A program made the translations under genes and the position numbers. Source: Gemmatimonadota bacterium (GTDB lineage Bacteria; Latescibacterota; UBA2968; UBA8231). Taken from it: DNA of 64,000 bases. Below are positions 59,102-64,000 of this stretch, piece by piece; positions within the stretch are counted from its first letter, which is position 1, and every line of letters begins with the position of its first letter. Under the pieces are notes generated by a model. That model made no database searches. It saw only the letters and a program-made list of their open reading frames with translations, and was not told the origin of the DNA. The stretch spans positions 20,139 to 84,138 of the forward strand of contig JAYPJE010000008.1 of assembly GCA_038128265.1 (NCBI GenBank). Reading direction: 5' to 3'.

Positions 59102-59929
59102 CTAAAATGAGATTGCCTTAAACTTCTTTATGTGCTCGGTTATGGCCACTTCTACAGGCAGGCGCTCCATGCTCGACGCGCCGTAAAAGCCGTTGACGCC
59201 GCGCGTGCGCTGCAGCACGTACTGGGCGTCTTCCGGCATGGAAATCGGCCCGCCGTGACAGAGCACTATGACCTCGGCGTTGACGCCGCGCGCCGCGTCG
59301 CAAATCGCCTGCACCTGCGCAACCGACTCCTCCAGCGTATAGGCCGTCGTCGCACCAATAGATCCCTTGGTCGTCAGCCCCATATGCGCCACGACAATAT
59401 CGGCCCCAGCATCGGCCATCTGTTCGGCCTCTTCGGGTTTGAACGCGTAGGGCGTGGTCAGCAGGTCCATGCCGTGCGCCGTGCGAATCATCTCCACTTC
59501 GGGCCCGTAGCCCATGCCGGTCTCTTCGAGATTCTGGCGGAATAGGCCGTCGATTAGGCCCACGGTGGGAAAGTTCTGCACGCCGGCAAAACCGATGTCT
59601 TTCACCTGCCGTAAAAAGACGTCCATCTGGCGAAAGGGGTCCGTGCCGCAGACGCCGGCCAGCACCGGCGTATCCTCGACAATCGTCAGCACCTCGCCGG
59701 CCATATCCATCACGATGGCATTGGCATCGCCGTAGGGCATCATGCCGGAAAGCGACCCGCGACCCGCCATGCGAAAGCGCCCGGAGTTGTAGATGATGAT
59801 CAGATCGACGCCGCCGGCCTCTTCAAATTTGGCGCTGATGCCCGTGCCCGCACCGGCGCCGATAATCGGCACGCCCGCCTCAATTTGGCCACGCAGGCGC
59901 GCAAGCACTTCGCTTCGGGTAAAGCCCAT
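59102..59929 (-). CDS. TIM-barrel signal transduction / PEP-hydrolase-like protein
   Basis: [64 protein letters not shown]. Confidence 0.88.
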   Translation of the reverse strand: MGFTRSEVLARLRGQIEAGVPIIGAGAGTGISAKFEEAGGVDLIIIYNSGRFRMAGRGSLSGMMPYGDANAIVMDMAGEVLTIVEDTPVLAGVCGTDPFRQMDVFLRQVKDIGFAGVQNFPTVGLIDGLFRQNLEETGMGYGPEVEMIRTAHGMDLLTTPYAFKPEEAEQMADAGADIVVAHMGLTTKGSIGATTAYTLEESVAQVQAICDAARGVNAEVIVLCHGGPISMPEDAQYVLQRTRGVNGFYGASSMERLPVEVAITEHIKKFKAISF

Positions 59930-59939
59930 CGTATCCTCC

Positions 59940-60353
59940 TCAGCCGTTTTGCGCTGCTTCGATGCGCACGCCATCCATCTTGCGCAACTCGGCTTCTGGG
60001 CCAAAGGGCGCATAGATGGCAATCAGTTTCATCGGCTCATCGCCGCTGTTAATCGTCGAGTGGTACACCGCGGTGGGAATATGCACCAACTCCCCGGCGC
60101 TTATTTCCTTTTCGAGCTTACCCGAAGGCAGTTCGACCGTTTGGATGCCCTTGCCCTCTATTACGTAGAGGATCTCTTCGCTGTAGGGATGATTGTGGCG
60201 GACGTGCCCCTTACCCGGCTCTAGCGTAACGACGCCGCAGCTGAAGCGCTCTGCCTGGGTGACCAGTGGCTCGGACAACCAGCTCAATTGACCCCAGTCG
60301 AAAACCTGCGTCTCTACGTCTTCTGGCTTTACAAACGTCTTTTTCTCACTCAT
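59940..60353 (-). CDS. Cupin-domain protein
   Basis: [12 protein letters not shown]...IPTAVYHS metal-binding cupin motifs. Confidence 0.88.
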   Translation of the reverse strand: MSEKKTFVKPEDVETQVFDWGQLSWLSEPLVTQAERFSCGVVTLEPGKGHVRHNHPYSEEILYVIEGKGIQTVELPSGKLEKEISAGELVHIPTAVYHSTINSGDEPMKLIAIYAPFGPEAELRKMDGVRIEAAQNG

Positions 60354-60361
60354 AACAGACC

Positions 60362-61585
60362 TCATTTGCGCGCTGCTATTAAGCCCAGCATCAGTTCCAC
60401 CGCACGCGTGGAAAAGGCCGGATCGTTGATATTGCTGTCCATTTCATATACGGGCACCTCTTTGTGCAGATGCGCTTTTAGGGCATCGAAAAAAGCGGCG
60501 TCGGCGTCTCTATCGCAAAATAGCTCGCCGTCTCCATCGAGGATCGACACGCCGCGCAGCGGCAAGAGAAAGGCAACCGGACCCTGTGCCGCATTCGCCT
60601 TCTCGGCAAAGATGCGACCCATTTCGGCATTTTCTTCGACGCTTGTGCGCATGAGCGTAACCGCCGGATTCCATTCGTAAAACAGCCGACCGGCATCTCT
60701 ATAGCGCTGCGGCACGGTTTCCATACCGCCAAAATTGGCCATGTCGATGCAGCCCGGTACAATCAGCTGTGGTAGCCCCATGGCGCCCGCTGCGTCCAGA
60801 CGCGTCGGTCCGGCGCTAAACACGCCGCCGCACAGTTCGTCGGCCCACTCCGTCGTCGTAATGTCGAGTACGGCGTCGACCAAACCCTCGCCTATCAGCG
60901 ACTCCATCGTGCGACCGCCCGTGCCGGTCGCGTGAAAGACCAGCACTTCATAGCCCTTACCACCCAGATCGGCCACGCAGGCGTTGACGCACTCGGTCGT
61001 ATTGCCAAACATCGACGCCACGACGATCGGCGCCTCGTCGTGGCCCGGCGGCGGCTCGCGTTCGACCATGCCGCAAATGGCACCGGCCGCGCGAGAGAAG
61101 ATAACGCGAGAGATCCGATTGACGCCCGCCACGTCGACAATGGATGGAATCAGCACTACGTCCTTGGCACCGACGTAGGCAGAGGTATCGCCCGACGCCA
61201 CCGTCGACACGCATACCTTGGGCACGCCAATCGGCAGAGCGCGCATGGCCGCCGTCACTACGCTGCTGCCACCCGAACCGCCCATGCCGACGATGCCTGC
61301 GAAGCGCCCTTCTTCGTAAAGCCGTTTGGCCACTTCTGCAGCCCCGCGCCCCATTGTCTTCATGGCATCACCGCGATCCGCGGCGGCGCGCAACGCCTCC
61401 AACGAAGACCCGCCGGCGCGCGCCACGTCGGCTGCGCCCACGTCAATGGGGAAACCTGCTCCATCGCCAATAACGCCGGTGTCGACGGCGAGCACCTGGC
61501 AGCCGCGTGCGCGTATCTCGTCGCGCAAAAAGGCGTACTCAGCTCCCTTGGTATCAAAGGCGCCAATCATCAAAATAGTGGCCAT
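60362..61585 (-). CDS. Tm-1-like ATP-binding (UPF0261) protein
   Basis: GAFDTKGAE, GGSGGS, LPIGVPKV, VDVAGVN, SMFGNTT, FHATGTGG, DITTTE; AAGGAGGTG RBS. Confidence 0.88.
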   Translation of the reverse strand: MATILMIGAFDTKGAEYAFLRDEIRARGCQVLAVDTGVIGDGAGFPIDVGAADVARAGGSSLEALRAAADRGDAMKTMGRGAAEVAKRLYEEGRFAGIVGMGGSGGSSVVTAAMRALPIGVPKVCVSTVASGDTSAYVGAKDVVLIPSIVDVAGVNRISRVIFSRAAGAICGMVEREPPPGHDEAPIVVASMFGNTTECVNACVADLGGKGYEVLVFHATGTGGRTMESLIGEGLVDAVLDITTTEWADELCGGVFSAGPTRLDAAGAMGLPQLIVPGCIDMANFGGMETVPQRYRDAGRLFYEWNPAVTLMRTSVEENAEMGRIFAEKANAAQGPVAFLLPLRGVSILDGDGELFCDRDADAAFFDALKAHLHKEVPVYEMDSNINDPAFSTRAVELMLGLIAARK

Positions 61586-61649
61586 TTCACCTCCTTATTG
61601 TGCAGCGACAAATATGGCAAACGGTCTCGCCCGCTTCAATTGCCGCTAG

Positions 61650-64000
61650 CTAGGCGGCAAAGCGCCGCAGTCGCAGCGCATTGCTCACTACCGAAACCGA
61701 ACTAAATGCCATTGCCAAGCTGGCCAGCATGGGGTTGAGCAGCGGCCCTCCCAGCAAGTAGAGCACCCCGGCTGCAACGGGAATACCCGCCGCGTTATAA
61801 AAGAAGGCCCAGAACAGGTTTTGCTTGATTGTCCGCATCGTCGCTCGGCTGAGCTCAATGGCACGCGCTACATCTTCAATGCGGCTGTTCATCAGCACGA
61901 TATCAGCCGCTGAGGCCGCCACATCGACACCGCTAGCAATGGCCAACCCGACGTCGGCCTGTGCCAATGCCGGCGCGTCGTTGATTCCATCACCTACCAT
62001 CGCCACGCGCCGTCCGCTCTGCTGCAGCGCTTTTACAACTTCGACCTTGTCAGCGGGCAATACTTCTGCGTGGACCGTCTCTATGCCCACGCGCTCGGCC
62101 ATAGCTTCTGCTACGGCGCGGCGATCGCCGCTGAGCATGATCACGTCGATTCCCAGCGCGCGCAGGCGCTGCACGCCCTCCCGGCTCGTCGGACGCGGTG
62201 CATCGGCTAGCACAAGCATCCCTACCGGGCACCCGTCACGCGCAACCCAAACCTGCGTCTCCGACGCCATATCCGCCACTTCTTCGTCGTTGCCCTTTCC
62301 CTGGTGCACGTAGTCTGCCGTGCCCACGCGCACAGAGCTTTCGCCCACTTGCGCGCGCACGCCCTGGCCAACGTCGGCGAAAAAGTCGCACACATCGGGC
62401 AGGTCGATGCCCTCTTGCTGTGCATGCGCCGCAATCGCTCTTCCCAGGGGATGTTCCGAATGCCGTTCCACAGCGGCGGCTAGACGGATAACCTCGGCCG
62501 CACAGTGCTCGCCAACCGGCCGAATTCCAACCACGCGCGGTTTCCCCTCCGTGATGGTGCCGGTCTTGTCGAGAACAACCGTATCCAAGCGCTGCGCCGT
62601 TTCCAGCGCTTCGGGATTTTTGATTAGCACGCCCAACTGCGCTCCGCGTCCCGTTCCCACCATAATAGCTGCTGGCGTGGCCAACCCCAAACTGCACGGG
62701 CAGGCAATAATTAGCACGGATACCAGAACGCCGATGGCAAAGGCGACGTCAGCGCCCGCCGCATACCACCCGAATGCCGCCAGCGCAGCCACGCCCATCA
62801 CAAAGGGCACAAAATAGCCCGAAACCACATCGGCCATTCGCGCGACGGGAGCACGACCGAGCTGCGCCTCTTCGACCAGCCGCTGCATCTGAGCCAGCAC
62901 GGAGGCCTCGCCAACGCGCATCGCGCGCACGACCAGCACACCGCGTCCGTTGGTGCTGCCTCCTATGACGGCATCCCCGGGCGCCTTTGTCACCGGCAGC
63001 GATTCACCCGTAAGCAGCGATTCGTCTACTTCAGATAGGCCCTCCACCACTTCGCCATCGGCCGGTATCGACGCACCCGGCCGCACGCGCAGCAAATCGC
63101 CCACTTCAACCTCGTCGGCATCGATGAGCCGGTCCTCTCCTTGTCCAACCAGCAGCGCCTGACGAGGTCGCAAGCCCAACAAAGCGCGCATCGCCTCGCC
63201 GGCGCGCTGGCGCGAGCGCGCCTCGAGGTAGCGCCCCAGTATCACCAGCGTGAGAATGGTAGAAACGGCTGGGAAATACGAGTAGAACGAGAGGGCATAC
63301 CCGCCGGCGACATAGGCTAACCCCGACGCGCTGTAGGCAAAGGCGGCCAGCGTTCCGATGGCAATGAGCGTAAACATATTGGGACCGCCGCGAATCAGAG
63401 CGCGCACGCCCTCGACGTATATCCGACGCGCGATCCACACAACGGGCAGCACCAACGCCAGGTGCAGCACGCCTACGCGCAGCGGATACTCAGATAGCGC
63501 GAGCGCAGCGGGCACGGGCAGGCCAGCCATGCCGCCCATTTCCAGTGCAAAGAGCGGCACCCAAAACAGCAGCGAGGTCTTCAGTGCGCGGCGCATCTGC
63601 TGTAGTTCGGCACGCTTTTCTTCGTCGCGCGCGTCGCTGTCGGCCGGCGGCTTAAGCACATAACCAGCGCGCTCTATCGCCGTGCGCAGATCGCGCTTTT
63701 TTACCTGCGTGCGATTGTAGCGAACGAGGGCCATCTCCGTAGCCAGATTGACCTCCGCGCGCTGCACGCCTTCTATATTGCCCAATTGCCGTTCTACGCG
63801 TTTTGCACAGGCTGCACAGTGCATGCCGCCAATGGCCAGCGCCTCTTCTACTGCTGAGTCGCGCACGCGGGCGCTGAATCCGGCCTGCTCGACCACACAG
63901 GCGATTTCCGCTTCGTCAATTGAACCGGGATCGTAATGTACGTCCATGCGTTCTGTCGCCAGATTGACCTGTACCTGTGCAATACCGGCGGCTTTCTGCA
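61650..64000 (-). CDS. copA: Copper-translocating P1B-type ATPase; 5' end beyond the window
   Basis: HMA GMHCAAC, TGES, CPC, DKTGT, GDGIND, YN and MxxSS Cu(I) motifs; reading frame stays open to the window end. Confidence 0.93.
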   Translation of the reverse strand, partial: QKAAGIAQVQVNLATERMDVHYDPGSIDEAEIACVVEQAGFSARVRDSAVEEALAIGGMHCAACAKRVERQLGNIEGVQRAEVNLATEMALVRYNRTQVKKRDLRTAIERAGYVLKPPADSDARDEEKRAELQQMRRALKTSLLFWVPLFALEMGGMAGLPVPAALALSEYPLRVGVLHLALVLPVVWIARRIYVEGVRALIRGGPNMFTLIAIGTLAAFAYSASGLAYVAGGYALSFYSYFPAVSTILTLVILGRYLEARSRQRAGEAMRALLGLRPRQALLVGQGEDRLIDADEVEVGDLLRVRPGASIPADGEVVEGLSEVDESLLTGESLPVTKAPGDAVIGGSTNGRGVLVVRAMRVGEASVLAQMQRLVEEAQLGRAPVARMADVVSGYFVPFVMGVAALAAFGWYAAGADVAFAIGVLVSVLIIACPCSLGLATPAAIMVGTGRGAQLGVLIKNPEALETAQRLDTVVLDKTGTITEGKPRVVGIRPVGEHCAAEVIRLAAAVERHSEHPLGRAIAAHAQQEGIDLPDVCDFFADVGQGVRAQVGESSVRVGTADYVHQGKGNDEEVADMASETQVWVARDGCPVGMLVLADAPRPTSREGVQRLRALGIDVIMLSGDRRAVAEAMAERVGIETVHAEVLPADKVEVVKALQQSGRRVAMVGDGINDAPALAQADVGLAIASGVDVAASAADIVLMNSRIEDVARAIELSRATMRTIKQNLFWAFFYNAAGIPVAAGVLYLLGGPLLNPMLASLAMAFSSVSVVSNALRLRRFAA

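Overview
Gene-dense, GC-rich (roughly 60% by eye) bacterial chromosomal window of housekeeping, envelope and sugar-catabolism genes. I see no CRISPR array, rRNA, tRNA, integrase or transposase. A PorX/PorY-like pair followed by tsaE, a DUF2279-like protein, a short sigma70 lacking region 1.1, a peptidase-propeller-Omp85 fusion and many Gfo/Idh/enolase-family enzymes suggest an FCB-superphylum organism such as Latescibacterota or a relative (inference only). About 50 CDS are supportable. Best leads: (1) a stand-alone Cys-less S18 with an apparent ATC start, co-transcribed with a BMC shell protein carrying a Rho-N/HeH-like tail; (2) a promoter-to-terminator ~55-60 nt sRNA candidate upstream of zwf; (3) an operon of TPR lipoprotein, metallopeptidase-propeller-Omp85 fusion and a second lipoprotein; (4) a linked PorY-like/PorX-like pair whose kinase has a triplicated periplasmic module; (5) a Tm-1-like/cupin/TIM-barrel trio lying between copA and copZ; (6) a divergent orphan flagellin behind a sigma54-type promoter. 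All family assignments come from motif recognition by eye, not from database searches.
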